This document shows, in pieces, positions 42,346-56,441 of a stretch of 64,000 nt of DNA. The translations under genes were made by a program, and so were the position numbers. Below the pieces are notes generated by a model, which had not been told where the DNA came from, did not search any database, and worked only from the letters and a program-made list of their open reading frames with translations. Origin of the DNA: the human T2T-CHM13v2.0 reference genome, Homo sapiens; the NCBI RefSeq assembly GCF_009914755.1, contig NC_060926.1; one strand, written 5' to 3'. The stretch's first letter is position 1; the number at the start of each line of letters is the position of its first letter.

Positions 42346-42764
42346 CTACCTTGCCTCCTCAGTACTATCAATTGCACTAGTGGTCATAAACATGAAATAC
42401 AAAGTGGCTGCTTTCCTTTGTTCTTCTTTGTCTTATTTCATTTATCAATAAATTATGACCCTGTCTCCATATCAATAAATGAAGCTACAGTGTATTCCTT
42501 TCTAAGGTTTTATTGTAATGTTATTCATAATTTTTCAGTCTTTTGTGAACATTTATTAGTCAATTAAAATGTTTATTTATAGCCTATCCTGTGTGAAGTG
42601 GTGTACTCCAAAGAATATGTTTATAAATATATCTTTGGGTTGTCATTCAATTATTTCTTTCAGATACATTTCTGCAAGTTGGATGGTTGTAGCAAAAAAG
42701 AGAGTGAGTAGGCACAGCATTACAGATGAAAGATTTTGTTATTTATTCATTATTAAAATTATTT

Positions 42765-43012
42765 TCATTTTTAATTTTTAATTGACATAATTGTGCATAG
42801 TTATGGGGTACACTGTGATGTTTCAAAACATGTATATATTATGTACTGACCAAATCAGGACAATTAGCATATCCATAATCTCAACCATTTGTCTTTTTTT
42901 GTGGTGGGACCATTCAAAATTCTCTCTTCCATCTATTTTGAGATATGTGCTATCTTACTGCTGACTATAGTTACCCTACTGTGGAACAGAACACCAGTAC
43001 TTATTCTTCCTT
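42765..43012 (-). mobile_element. L1MA 3' end within older L1ME (-) sequence
   Basis: ttatggggtacactgtgatgttt...agaacaccagtacttattcttcc. Confidence 0.75.
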
Positions 43013-43148
43013 TTTAATTAGGATTTTATTATTTATAACTATGTTTGTAACAGTAGTATAGAAGACTACTATTTTCTCTCAGTCTCACTGACACAAGATA
43101 TTCTAACTTTAAAAAATGCTAACGTGAAGAGAAAAATATATATTTTAA

Positions 43149-43599
<451 letters not shown>

Positions 43600-45659
43600 T
43601 AAATATCCAAGAACATTTTGAGTATAAAGGGAAAAATTGCTTTTTAAAAAAATTTAAAATACCACAACTAATACTTTGATTGGAATTCAATACTTTATTC
43701 AACTTCTAATTTATGGGGTATTAACATTTTTATACTTATGAAATTTCCAATTCAATAACACTTATTTGGTAACTACCATGTATTCCAGTTTTCTTTTAGG
43801 TACCTTAGTATTTTATTTTACTGTAAATCTATAGTATTAATATGTTCACTCCAAGATCGATTATGTTTTTGTTGGTGTTGTGAATGAAATATATTGTATT
43901 ATATTTTCTAAGTGATTTTTTACTTCATAATTCATCTTCTAAATTTATTTGTCATATTATTTTATTTTACATGTATATATATTTATGTGTATTTATGTGC
44001 CCAATATTTTTGGTCTTGTCTTTTGTCATAAATTACATGGTACAAACTAAATAGACTTGGTAGATCTGGTAGCCATGACTGATAGTATTGGACTACTGAA
44101 AGGATAAAAGAAAGCAAAATAAGTAAATAAATAAATAAAGATAAGAAAGAAAAAGAGAAAATGGAAAAGGCCATAGGTAGAAGCAGGGTCACTTTCGTTA
44201 GTTGATAATTGTACTGGAAATTATGGATTTGCTTTGTTTTGTTACCTAGAAGGTGACACTGAAAATCTCTCTGGACATTTTCTTTATGCTTATATGCAAC
44301 CACAGCAAGTATAGAAATCTTTGGCAAGTATAGAAATCTTTGGCCATTTAATCCTAAATACTTATGTTGGCAACACAGCATCTTTCTAGAACACAGGAAC
44401 CTTCTGCTAAGTACTTACTGTTTGCAACTCCAAGGCTAAACCTCTTCTCCTACTATACCCTCCTCCAGCTTCTGCTACAACAGTATCTTTATTGGAGAGT
44501 TCTCTTCTTATTCAAATCAAACATTTCAGCAGCATTCTATCCTTCACTTTTGTTAGGCTGGATTAACTCTATCCACTATGGTTACAGTGGATTAACAAGG
44601 CTACATGATCTTATATGTGGTAGATACATCTTTGTGCTTATTAAATTCAAGGCAGTTTGCAACTTGGAACTAAGAATTTTGTTTAATATGCAAAACAACC
44701 ACCCAGTTATGTTTAGTTGTCTTCTGTCCTTAACTATTTCTTTAGTTTACATAAATATAAGCTCATCGTGCATTTTTAATATAAAATTCAAATTACTTTC
44801 CCCATTCTACCCAGAACCTAACCTGAATACCAGAAATATTTGTAACAATAATAAATGGAAAAAAATAGTTTTGTTATAAAATAATCACTAAGATATTTGT
44901 AATTAAGCATACATTTTAGTTTGGGAACTCGTGGAAGAAATAATATTCAGGAAACTCCAAATCTTATTAACTCACTAAATCCAAAAATGAGGCCTTCACT
45001 ATCAGAGAGCTAGACCCAGGAACAAAGAATATCTCAGTATAACCTTTTTTTATTTAGCTGAGAAAACTTCAAATTCTCAAAAAATGTGCATTTGTGCCTG
45101 GGCAGGAGGTAATACATCCTAATCTCTTGGAAGCTTTTAAGAATTGTACATGGCTCCCAGACAGAGATTCGGATATGCATTCTTCTGAAACTCCCTTTTT
45201 AACTCTTCTTAACTGGCCTATCACCTCAGAAGAATTGCTGCTAGTTTCTTATATCCATAAGTATATGATAAATTGAGAATAGCAAGTATAATTCCCATAG
45301 TTATTATTAAATACTGTAACTAAGTTTATGCTGAGACTCTTAAGGCCTTTATAATATTTTTCACAAATCATAATTAATCATATTCATATCTATTCTTCTT
45401 ATGGGAAAAAATCTTCCTTATAGTTCAATTCTTATGTGATCTTTCTTTTTGTACCCTCCCAGTTTGCTTGACAATAATGACCACTTATTTAAAAATACTT
45501 ACAAGATGAATGAATCGAAAGAAAGAAGTAAAAAATTCAAGTAAGTTGTTACTCTGGGTTGTAGAACAATTTCTTTTTCTGTGGGCATATAAATGTTTTA
45601 ACTCATGCCCAGTGCCACTAGATAATACTTTTACAGTTTCTCAATAATTTATTGTTTGT

Positions 45660-46437
45660 CAACATTTCAAGCAAATAGGAAAGCAAGGTATTCTCTCCTC
45701 CAGGTCTCCTCATTGCAGCAGCTTCATTCTTTAAACATTTGATTTAACATCTGTCTCCATCTCAGTTCATGATCTTATAGAGAAAGTAGAAGAGATGAGA
45801 TAAGCATTCTCATTTTCTATAGCTATCACCGAACTTACTGACTTCCCTGAATCTGCATTCATATTTTTCCCTTTTTCCTTTTAAAATAAAAGTGGTGTCT
45901 CATCTGTTGTCTATAGTGAATTTCTCCATTTTATCTTGATCTTATTCTCTTCCAACTCTTCAGGTTAATAAGTTATTTTTTCTTTTTCTGTGCCTAGTCT
46001 AGATTTAAATATTTTCAATTTTTAATATTTTCATACTTAAAAGTTTTCCCTTGAGATGTGTTTCTAGCTACAGCCTTGACTTCATCCTTCCTCTTTAAAT
46101 TTATCCTTTAGGTTCTCTGTAATTACTGCACCTACTTTCTCCCCTTGCAGTCACTTCTCAATTCATAGCAACTTGTATTTGGCATTTCCAACTCCACTGG
46201 TACTGTTCACACGAGGGTGCCAGGAACCAGTCTGTTGCTAGATCCAATAAAAACATCCCAACCTTACCCTGCTTGATTTCACAAAGTACATATAGCTTAA
46301 TAAACTCATCTCTCTTTCTTGGAAAATGTGTTTCTTCGGCATTCTTGCCAGCACATTTTTCTGTTTTTTCTTCTATCTTTGGTTGCTATTTCTCTTTTAA
46401 ACACACACACACACATGCACGTGCGTGCACACACACA

Positions 46438-46476
<39 letters not shown>

Positions 46477-46950
46477 TATTCCTTGGACGTTAAGGCTCCT
46501 CCCAATACTTTCCTCCTACTCTTATTTCTTACTGCAGCCTCCACACCACCTTTTCTCCAACTTAGCCTAATACTCTCCTCTACATCCTTTGCTAACCTTA
46601 TTTGCTGAACTGAAATTCTGTCATTGGGACCTCCAAACATGCAGATTCTTCCATGTTGACTATCCCTGCTTTTACCTAACTTCTCCTCACAGATTACTTC
46701 TCAGCTAAGATCTAAAATCTTCTGGAAAACTTAACCTCACCGAATGACTTTCTGATATGCTTCCCCAAATCTATTTCTCCTTTCTTATCCATTGCCAGAA
46801 TGCATTGAAATTGTCTGGTTTTTTTTCATATTTCCCCCATTAGGCTGGAATGTAGAGAACATATGTGCCACCACAGCACTAAACATATGTTCACACCTGG
46901 CATGTAGTAGGTGCTTAATGAATGTTTGTCAAACTGGATGAATCAATAAA
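45660..46950 (+). mobile_element. L2 (3' part with terminal TGAA repeats)
   Basis: Pyrimidine-rich ORF2 remnant and the 3' end acctggcatgtagtaggtgcttaatgaatgtttgtc..gatgaat. Confidence 0.7.
46402..46474. repeat. (CA)n / alternating purine-pyrimidine tract
   Basis: Direct reading of the sequence. Confidence 0.95.
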
Positions 46951-47049
46951 TTACACTATAAATATATATTCTTGTGATTTTAACATTGAGCCCCGAAAGA
47001 AATCCAGAATAAATTATTGAATAGATAATTTGTAAGTACTTTGAAACTA

Positions 47050-47250
47050 AAGTGCTGATGACTAGCAGGCATCATGGAGTCACAAAGAACACGTCATGCC
47101 CTATTAAGTGGATTCTCTCTGGTATATGAGACTGCCCTAGATGCAGTGCCTAGACTTTTCTCTTTGGAAATGCATTTGCTTCTAAAGTATCTAATAAGTC
47201 TTATAATCTCTTGTGTCATTGCGGACAAAATGATGACATGAGATCAAATA
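47050..47250 (+). mobile_element. CR1/L3 LINE RT fragment (left part)
   Basis: catcatggagtcacaaagaacacgtcatgcc resembles QHGFTKN.SC, and aatgcatttg resembles KAFD. Confidence 0.55.
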
Positions 47251-47267
47251 AAAAAAAACAAGGAATA

Positions 47268-49338
47268 CTCTCACCACTCTTATTCTACATAATATTGGAA
47301 GTTCTGGCCAGGGTAATCAGGCAAAAGAAAGAAATAAAGGGTATTCAAACAGGAAAACAGGAAGTCAAATTGTCTCCGTTTGTAGACAACATAATTCTGT
47401 ATTTAGAAAACTCCATTGTCTTAGCCCAAGAACTCCTTAAGCTGATAAGCAACTTCAGCAAAGTCTCAGGATACAAAATCAATGTGCAAAAATCACAAGC
47501 TTCCTATACACCAACAATAGACAAACAGAGAGCCAAATCATGAATAAACTCCCATTCACAATTGCTACAAAGAGAATAAAATACCTAGGAATACAGCTAA
47601 CAAGGGATGTGAAGGACCTCTTCAAGGAGAGCTACAAACTACTGATCAAGAAAATAAGAGAGGACATAAACAGATGGAAAAATAAATTCCTTCCTCATAG
47701 ATAGGAAGAATCAATATAGTGAAAATGACCATACTGCCCAAAGTAATTTATAGATTAAATGCTATTTCCATCCAACTACCATTGACATTCTTCACAGAAT
47801 TAGAAAAATCTACTTTAAATTTCATATGGAACCAAAAAAGAGCCTCTATAGCCAAGACAATCCTAAGCAAAAAGAACAAAGCTAGAGGCATCACGCTACC
47901 TGACTTCAAACTATACTACAAGGCTACAGTAACCAAAACAGCATGGTACTGGACCAAACAGACACATAGACCATTGGAACAGACTTGAGACCTCAGAAAT
48001 AACACCACACATCTACAACTATCTGATCTTTGACAAACCTGACAAAATCAAGCAATTGGGAAAGGAGTCCCTGTTTAATAAATGGTGCTGGGAAAACTGG
48101 CTAGCCATACACGGAAAACTGGCTAGCCATTCACAGAAAACTGAAACTGGACCCCTTCCTTACACCTTATACAAAAATTAACTCAAGATGGATTAAAGAT
48201 TTAAACATAAGACCCAAACCCATAAAAACCTTAGAGGGAAGCCTAGGCAATACCATTCAGGACATAGGCATGGGCAAAGGCTTCATGACTAAAATGCCAA
48301 GAGCAATTGCAATAAAAGCCAAAATTGACAAATAGGATCTAATTAAACTAAAGAGCTTCTGCACAGCAAAAGAAACTAGCATCAGAGTGAACAGACAACC
48401 TATAGAATCAGAGAAAATTGTCCAATCTATCCATCTGACAAAGATCTAATATCCCGAACCTACAAGGAACTTAAACAAATTTACAAGAAAAAAAAAACCC
48501 ATCAAAAAGTGGGCAAAGGATAAGAACAGACACTTCTCAAAAGATGACATTTACACGGCCAACAAACATATGAAAAAAAGTTCAATATCACTGATCATTA
48601 GACAAATGCAAATCAAAACCACAATGAGATACCATCTTATGCCCGTCAGAATAATGATTATTAAAAAGTCAAGAAACAATAGATTTAGGTGAGGATGTGG
48701 AGAAATAGAAACACTTTTACACTGTTGGTGGGAATGTAAATTAGTTCAACCATTGTAGAAGACAGTGTAGCAATTCCTCAAGGATCTAGAACCAGAAATA
48801 CCATTTGACCCAGCAATCCCATTACTGCATATATAACCAAAGGAATGTAATTATTCTACTAAAAAGACACAAGCACACACATGTTTATTACAGCACTATT
48901 TACAATAGCAAAGACATGGAACCAACCCAAATGCCCATCAATTATAGACTGGATAAAGAAAATGTGGTACATATACACCATGGAATATTATTCAGCCATA
49001 AAAAGGAATGAGATAATGTCCTTTGCAGGGATGTGGATAAAGCTAGAAGCCATCATTCTCAGCAAACTAACACAGGAACAGAAAACCAAACATAACATGC
49101 TCTAATTCATAAGTGAGAGTTGAACAATGAGAACACATGAACACAGAGAGAAGAACAACACACATCGGGCCAGTCAGGGAGTAGGGAGGCAAGGGGAGGG
49201 AGAGCATTAGGAAAAATAGCTAATGCATGTGGGGCTTAAAACCTAGATGACTGATTGATAGGTGCAGCAAACCACCATAACATACATATATATAAAACGT
49301 ACACGTTCTGCACTCATATCCCTGAAATTAAAGTAAAA

Positions 49339-49368
<30 letters not shown>
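47268..49368 (+). mobile_element. 5'-truncated L1PA (approx. L1PA7-8)
   Basis: ORF2 remnants [27 protein letters not shown] and [26 protein letters not shown], followed by the 3'UTR and a (TAAA)n tail. The TSD is aaacaaggaata (47256-47267 / 49369-49380). Confidence 0.95.
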
Positions 49369-49370
<2 letters not shown>

Positions 49371-49405
49371 ACAAGGAATAGTGATATTTCTAATAGGTCT
49401 CTGAG

Positions 49406-49779
49406 TGATATGGTTTGGCTGTGTCCCCACCCAAATCTTATCTTGAGTTTTAGTTCCCATAATCCCCACATGTCGCAGGAAGGACCCAGTGGGAGGTAAC
49501 TGAATCATGGGGGCCGTCTTCCCCATGTTATTCTTGTGATAGTAAGTTCTCACAACATTTGATGGTTTTATAAGGGGCTTCCCCCTTTGCTCTGTTGTCA
49601 TTATTCTCCTTCCTGCTGCCATGTGAAGAAGGATGTTTTTGCTTCCTTTTCCACCATGATTGCAAGTTTCCTGAGGCCTCCCCAGCCCTGCAGAACTGTG
49701 AGTTAATTAAACCACTTTCCTTTATAAATTACCCAGTCTCAGGCAGTTCTTTATAGCAGCATGAGAATGAATGAATACA
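49406..49779 (+). mobile_element. THE1 (C/D-like) MaLR solo LTR
   Basis: Runs tgatatggtttggctgtgtccccacccaaatc ... gaatgaataca. The 5-bp TSD is ctgag / ctggg. Confidence 0.92.
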
Positions 49780-49784
49780 CTGGG

Positions 49785-50045
49785 GCTACAGAGGCAGCAT
49801 TTGTCTTTGCTTTGTTCAACAATTTTACAAATGCCTTGGATAAAGATATAGGAAGTTTTTTTTGTTTTTTTTTGTTTTGTTTTTTTACTGGAAGCTTTAG
49901 AATGGAATACTTGCAAAGCATTCGCAGTCTGGGTGATAATTTCTGTCAGGGATATCCTTGTCAAAGAAGGTATTTCTATCCTGAGTAGGAGGTTGGCTAT
50001 ATAATTTCCAAAATCTTTTCCATATTTAAAATGTCATGATTCTGT
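49785..50045 (+). mobile_element. CR1/L3 fragment (right part)
   Basis: ttgttcaacaattttacaaatgccttggat resembles LFNIFINDLD. An L3-like 3' end (gattctgtgaa) lies at ~50040. Confidence 0.5.
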
Positions 50046-50939
50046 GAAGTATTATCATTCCAGGATGTGCTGGAGATAACTGTATCATCCCAGAATGTTC
50101 TATATAGCACAAATTACAGAATATATCACTGACAAAGAATAAGAGAGTTAAATGTATCACCTTCTCTACTTGGGGCTTTTCAAAGAATACAAAAGAAAAA
50201 GGACAAAAATAAAGACTGCAACATCATGTGACAATAGATCTTCAAGAGATATGTAGGAGGTAGACTCCTCCAAAGTTCATGCATTTCAGGTGGTAACATT
50301 TGGATTATTTAACTATTACCTATCAAACACAATATGCTTAAACTATTTAACTATATAAAAATCCAGTTGTAACATTGTTTCTTTCTTCGCTTTTTAGAAT
50401 GTTTTAAGAACTTTCGAAGTTTTTTTGTTGTTGTTGTTATTGTTTTTGCCACCTTCATAGCTGATCTCTGTCTACTGCATCACCTTAAATACCAAAAAGC
50501 TAAATGGAGCTTTTATATGGTCAAATTCATAACCTCTGTGTTTTTAAAATCCTTTTAAATGATAATGAATCTGCATTGCTGTAGAGTTTAATGTCATTTT
50601 CTGACTTCAGTGCAGACAGAGGGTTCTCTCCCTGTCAGATATGATTTGGAAAGGACATCAGAGGCCAAGGAACATTGTTGGCTTGGATAAGTTCCACAGA
50701 TGAAAAGGCTTAATTGAGGGGACTGGCTAAATTTTGGTAGGCAGCATATGAGTGAAGTGCTGTTTCCAAATGGTATTTGAATAATTGTATCCAAATAAGA
50801 AGCTTTTCAGGTTTGACTTTTGTGACCTTTTAAGTAGTAAATTGTCACACATTTCAACTGAGCTAATGTTTCACCAGATTGATTCATTTGAGACTTCTGA
50901 TTACAGTTGAATGATTAAAGTACAAAGTTATTAAGAAGT

Positions 50940-51260
50940 AGTTGCTACATCTTCTCAGTTCTTTCATTAGAAAAACTATTCCATCAGACCCTTTCTTTCT
51001 GTTCCTACTGCCATGACTCCCATTCAGACCCTTATTACCTTATGTGTACTTTATTATGATGATTTCACAATGAGTCTTCAGCTCTGCAATTTCTCTTCTC
51101 TCCAATCTATTCAATATGAACTATCAATTTTTTAAAAGCACTGTATTGATCACAAATAACTGTCCTCTGTAAAAACCTTCCATGGGTCCCCATTGTTTAT
51201 AAAATAAAACCCAAACTACTCAGCATGTGTTTAAACACCTAAGCCAACCTATCCTTGCCA
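50940..51260 (+). mobile_element. L2 fragment
   Basis: aaaaaccttccatgggtccccattgtttataaaataaaacccaaactactcagcatg. Confidence 0.6.
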
Positions 51261-52699
51261 AAAATTCCATTTCTATCAAATAAATTATTAATTGAAACTG
51301 TCTTAAGATCCTGCCCCTAAGCATTAATGACAGAATGGTTCTCCCCTGGAGCATTGCCTTATAACCATTTGCAAGGTTCTTCTCCTCCAGATTTCCCAGG
51401 CTCTTCAGATGGAAGGGATCTGTATGTTGGTAGTCTTAATGCTGTTATTATATGAACAACTCATGATCATGCAGTTACTCTTCTATTATCTTGTGACACC
51501 TCTTCTATTATTATATTTGAACTTTATGTTTATTATTTCTTACCATATTCTTATGTGTTTGTCTGTTAGAGGGAAGAAAATACCTAAATATAGTTTCAAT
51601 TATATCTAGTGTAGAGTCTACAATGATCTTCTTGGCCCCATTTCCTTGTAAACTTCAAATAACTACAGTTGAAATTCATATACCGCCACTTGAAATATCT
51701 TTGTTCTCACCCTATCTTTAAACTTCAATTTGGTGATAATAATATGGTTTTTAGTGTGGGAGAAGCTAGAGGCCAAAATCACTAGTTTAATATTATCAAC
51801 TTATATAGAAGTTTATCTTCCTACTTGTGCAATTATTTTCTAATAACCGTATTATTCTCCTATTTCAGAAGGCCAGGCTCACATCCCACTAAGAATCATT
51901 GTTCATTGCTCTATTTTCCTCACTGATAGTTTTCTATCTCTATCTCCATCTATTGGTAACTTCTGGCCTCTTTCAAAACTGACTGGCCCACTTTAACAAG
52001 CCTGCCTAATTTTGCCAGATCCTCCACATACTGGCCAGTCCTGCTTTTGCCAAGCACTTATTCTAACAGTGTCTTTCATATAATAAATGTTCCATAAACA
52101 TGAGGCGATTTCATCTGATAGTGGGTTTCGATATTATTCTATCAGGCCTGCCAATCTCCTTGAATGATAAACAACACATGCATCTATACATGTACAATCT
52201 GATCTCTACTGTTGTTCTTCTGTGATTTAAAGCTGACAGCCAAAAATTAAGCACAGTTTTTGGCCAAATTGCCTAAATACTAAAAGGTAATTATTCTTTT
52301 TCCAGGATAATTTCCTGTTCTCCTTTTTCTGTTACTTTCTCCTTAAGAATCTTTCTCCTGCCTCTCTCCAACCATTTTCAACCTGATTCCCCTACTTTTA
52401 TCAACAAGAACACAAAGACTTCAGTGGGAAAAAACATTGGTTTAAAAGCCATGTTTTGTATTATATGTTTTATAATTTCGAATTGTAAAGGACACTGATT
52501 GTGAAATTTAATAGCCTTGTATGTTATAATCAGAAGGGAGCTATTCTTCCTGATTGTAAATAATGTATTTTGCAAGTGACCTCCAGTCTTTCAGTTCATG
52601 AGAGTCATTCAGTGCTCTGACACTGCTCTGTCATTGAAAGTATTAAGGAAATAGGTTACTTATTTCTGGGAAGAGATGTTATGGAAGAAATACTAGAAC

Positions 52700-52813
52700 A
52701 AACAATGGTTAAACTAGGTCACTTACTTGCCCTGAATGCACATCGGAATCACTTGAGAATGTTTTTTAAATGTCTTAGCACCTTAAATTCCACCTTAGTA
52801 ATTTATGGAGATG

Positions 52814-52853
<40 letters not shown>

Positions 52854-52912
52854 ATACGTGCGTGCACATCTTAGTGGATTCAAATGCGAACCCAGAGTTG
52901 AGAATCAGTTTA
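52700..52912. mobile_element. MER5-like hAT element containing (TG)n at 52818-52851
   Basis: tgcacatcggaatcacttgagaa...ccagagttgagaatca. Confidence 0.55.
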
Positions 52913-53914
52913 GTGATATTTAAGTTCAATTTTAGTCTCAAACTTGCTCATTTTATAATTTCATAATTAAAACTATCTGTAAGTACGAATATTCCATTCT
53001 AATGTGTCTGTAAATTCTATTAAAATCCCATCATTAGCACTTAAAATTAAGGTGGCCATTAAAACCAAAATAGCGATATTGTCTAGCCAGTCCCCTCAGT
53101 ACAGTAAGAACCACAGGATAGAAAGCATTTTTTTTTTCAATTTTAGTGTACTAGAGAAAGTCTTTTTTTTTTTTTCAAAGCAAGCTTCTATTGCTACTGA
53201 AAAGCTTATTCAGAATTTGGATTTGGCAGGTATTATTATTTCTTAGCATTAGGGGTTTCATATCCTTTTTGGTCTTTGAAAGTATTAGCAGAGAAAAGCA
53301 CTTCAATTGGATAAGCATTCACTGAGCTTCTAGTTGTCCAGGACTTTACAAAGTCTGATATAAATACGGAGAAGTATTTGACCCATTTACATTCTCAAGA
53401 AATTTGTTAGGCAGAGTGAAAAGCCAAAATTTACATTCACAAGGCAATTATTGAACTATATGAAAACATCATATGATTAAATAGAACCTAATGCCAGAAT
53501 GTGTGTGCATATGTATATAAAATGACTCATCAGGAAGAGAAGACACCAAAATTCAAAGGAACTATGGACAGTCTAAAGTATAAGAGAATCAGATGAAAAG
53601 AAATGGGATCTAAACAGTAAGATGGGTAGAGAGAAACTAGGAGATTGGGAAGAAGAAAAAAGAAACAAAAGGAAAGGAATGGTCAAATGTTAAACTACTG
53701 GTTTCTCTTTTGTGAATTGCCCCACATCAGCAAAACATCTGGAAGAATATCATGCTCTGACATACTAATATAACTGGACCTAACTATTTCAACTTCTGCC
53801 CTGGTTTAAATCATTGATGAATTTAGGCATAACCCCAAAATAAAGTGTCCAAGATTATAGTCCTTACATTTTTCATCCATCCATTTTCATAATATTTCCC
53901 ACTGTATTTGTTAC

Positions 53915-54185
53915 TATTCTGATAGAGTGGAAAAGATCAATCAGGATTCTCACATTCCAACCTCGGATTCACCTATTGAGTGGCCTGGGAAAATTATTTC
54001 TTTGGTCCTCTGTTTCCTCATCTGCAGAATGGGTATAATAATGCCATTGCTTGAAAGGAAATGATACATCTGGTTATGTCTAGGTAATACCTGTGTTGTG
54101 AGAATTTTGACGGTATATATTATGTAATCAGCACTATGCCTAGCACATTGTAAACACTGACTAAGTGGTAGCTCTTATTACTGTT
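53915..54185 (+). mobile_element. MIR
   Basis: cctctgtttcctcatctgcagaatgggtataataatgcc...tgcctagcacattgtaaacact. Confidence 0.75.
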
Positions 54186-55152
54186 TTCATAATTATTTGG
54201 TTCATAGACATATTGTTTCTGAATAAACAGAAGCAGCCTTGTAAATTGAACCTATGGACTTATTGAACAATAGGAAGAGTTCAAAATTTGCATGCCTTTG
54301 GAAGCAGGTATCTCATAGTCATCTTTATGTCACTGCTCAGGATTTTAAAGTTATGTGAAATAGGTCCATCATGCAAAATGTTCTAAGTAGAAAGTCACTT
54401 TCTTCTGTGAGGCTAAGAGAACTGCGCTGTGCACTCCAGGTATTTTTTCCATTCATTTGCTCAAAGATAAGCAGCAATCTATTACACTCTTGTAGGGCTG
54501 CCTTCAGACACTATTTCTGACCACCACTTGTGGGAATGGTTTATGAGATGTCAGTGTGTGTGAGAAGAGATAGCATAGTTTGTCATGGGAAGATAGGCCA
54601 TATTCTGCTACAAACTGATGGCTTTGTCTTTTATCACTGTTACAGGCTTATTTAACAAGCTGTGACTCTGGGGTTCATCACAAAGAAAACTGTCATCCCC
54701 AGACACGTGGCCTGAACATCCTTTCATCTTCCATGCCAGTAGGATCTGTCATGTGACATCAAGCAGACCAGAAACTCCAGATGGACCATGCGGCTGCAAC
54801 TGTGTAACAAGGAAGGTTTATACTGGCATAGATCCAGGCTTTGCACCTTTGATTAGATTACACGGATGGGAAAAACATATGTAAGCTTTTAAGTTGTGCA
54901 CACTGATAATATGTCACAAATATCACCTTAAAGGAAATGGTACAACTCATTGGGTTTAGGTGATAATTATTTATCATGGTGTTATTCTGAGTAACAGATA
55001 AATCAATTAAGATTGATTTGCTCCACCTTCCCACCGATCTTAATGAACTGTTTTCATCGCTATGTATTAATAATATGTAATTTTTGAAGCAATTGTATAG
55101 CTTTAATTATTAATGATGTCTCAAAATTTTTAAGAGATTAATACCTTGGTTT

Positions 55153-55177
55153 TGTGTGTGTGTGTGTGTGTGTGTGT
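55153..55177. repeat. (TG)n microsatellite
   Basis: Direct reading of the sequence. Confidence 0.95.
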
Positions 55178-55934
55178 AGCAATTCTGTAAATATTGCTTC
55201 TTCTACTCAAAATATCAATTAGGAAATAATATATCCAGAAATCTAAGCAGAAAATTCTTGAACATTTCTAGAAGAGTTCCGTTGCTGAGAGTTGAGGGAT
55301 TTTCATAATTTACAACCTTTTCACCACAGTCTGTAGGACATATGTTAGCATTGGAAGCTGGGCCCTATCCTGCTGAGTTCAGCACATTGCCTGACCCTGG
55401 GACATAGCATCATGCTGTAGCTCTGACTTGGCAGATCAGATTAAACTACTTCAGGGACATTAAAGTATAAATATTTCATAGTGCCCTCATGGGACTGAAT
55501 TTAAACTAAAACACTTAAAAGTCTCAGTTGTTTGGTCTTGCTGATGATTTCTACATTTTTCTTCTCTTTAAATTTTCACATTTTGCAAAGTTATCTTTTA
55601 TGGAGTTTAGTTTTGACTGTTTGCTACTGTTGTTTTTTATAAATTCTAGAATGTTTAAAGCTGGAATCTTGGCTGCAAAAAATGAAATCTAAAGGCAAAG
55701 AAATCTATTGGTTAGCAGGTATCTCTTACAAAAGGACAAGATTAATAAACTGAAGGAGAGCTTTTATTAGAAAGTGAGAATGTGCACAAGAAGCACAGAA
55801 CAGAGAGTGAACTCAGGGACATTGTGCACACTGGACACTGCACAAAACTGCCAGCTGGGCTTCTAAGGAAAGACTCAAATTCAGCCAGTGTTCAGATCAC
55901 TGAGCAGTGTGCCCACGAGAGTGTATCTGCCCAA

Positions 55935-56441
55935 AGGGAATGCCACATCTGAAACATTGTCATGACCAAGGCTAACTGCATCCCTTTCATCAAGATAAAT
56001 TCTCTTTGTGCACAAAGATTCCAGATAAATTAGCAGTGAGTGCCCTAAGGTAAATTGAAGGTAGACATTTAACAAACAAAACATCTGCTTACATAAAATA
56101 ATTGCCCCCAAATATCCCCAGAACTATAGAAAAGAGAATTTCAAATTTGATAGGAAATCAACTATAAATATTGCTTTAAGTATTTAAACATATAATAGAC
56201 TTTCTAAATTTCTGAATTTCTTCTTAGAATTTTAAGTTTTCTTGGGAAATCTATATAATGGATATGACTAGGTTTTACCTTTTAGTATTCCCTTACCTCA
56301 AATACATGGGAAGTATTTTACCTAAAGAGATACAAATATTTATTGTAACAAATATATCTATCTAGGTAAATTGTAATTTATCTTGAAGAAAGGGATGTAA
56401 TTATTCTTGGTCATGACAATGCTTCAGATGTGGCATTCCCT
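55935..56441. repeat. 67-bp inverted repeat pair (55935-56001 and 56375-56441), 61/67 identical
   Basis: Left arm agggaatgccacatctgaaacattgtcatgaccaaggctaactgcatccctttcatcaagataaatt. Reverse complement of the right arm agggaatgccacatctgaagcattgtcatgaccaagaataattacatccctttcttcaagataaatt. Confidence 0.95.

Noticed and set aside
44364-44879. Longest ORF (171 aa, +) and the adjacent 132-aa ORF on the - strand
   Set aside because: The composition is Leu/Phe/Ile-rich, as expected from AT-rich non-coding DNA. There is no recognisable domain or gene context.
48090-48142. 22-bp tandem duplication ggaaaactggctagccat.cac in L1; 19-bp duplication at ~44305-44343
   Set aside because: These are ordinary slippage duplications with no functional implication.
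47211-49105. ORFs with RT-like L1 ORF2 peptides as an active retrotransposon
   Set aside because: The element is 5'-truncated, frameshifted and contains stops.
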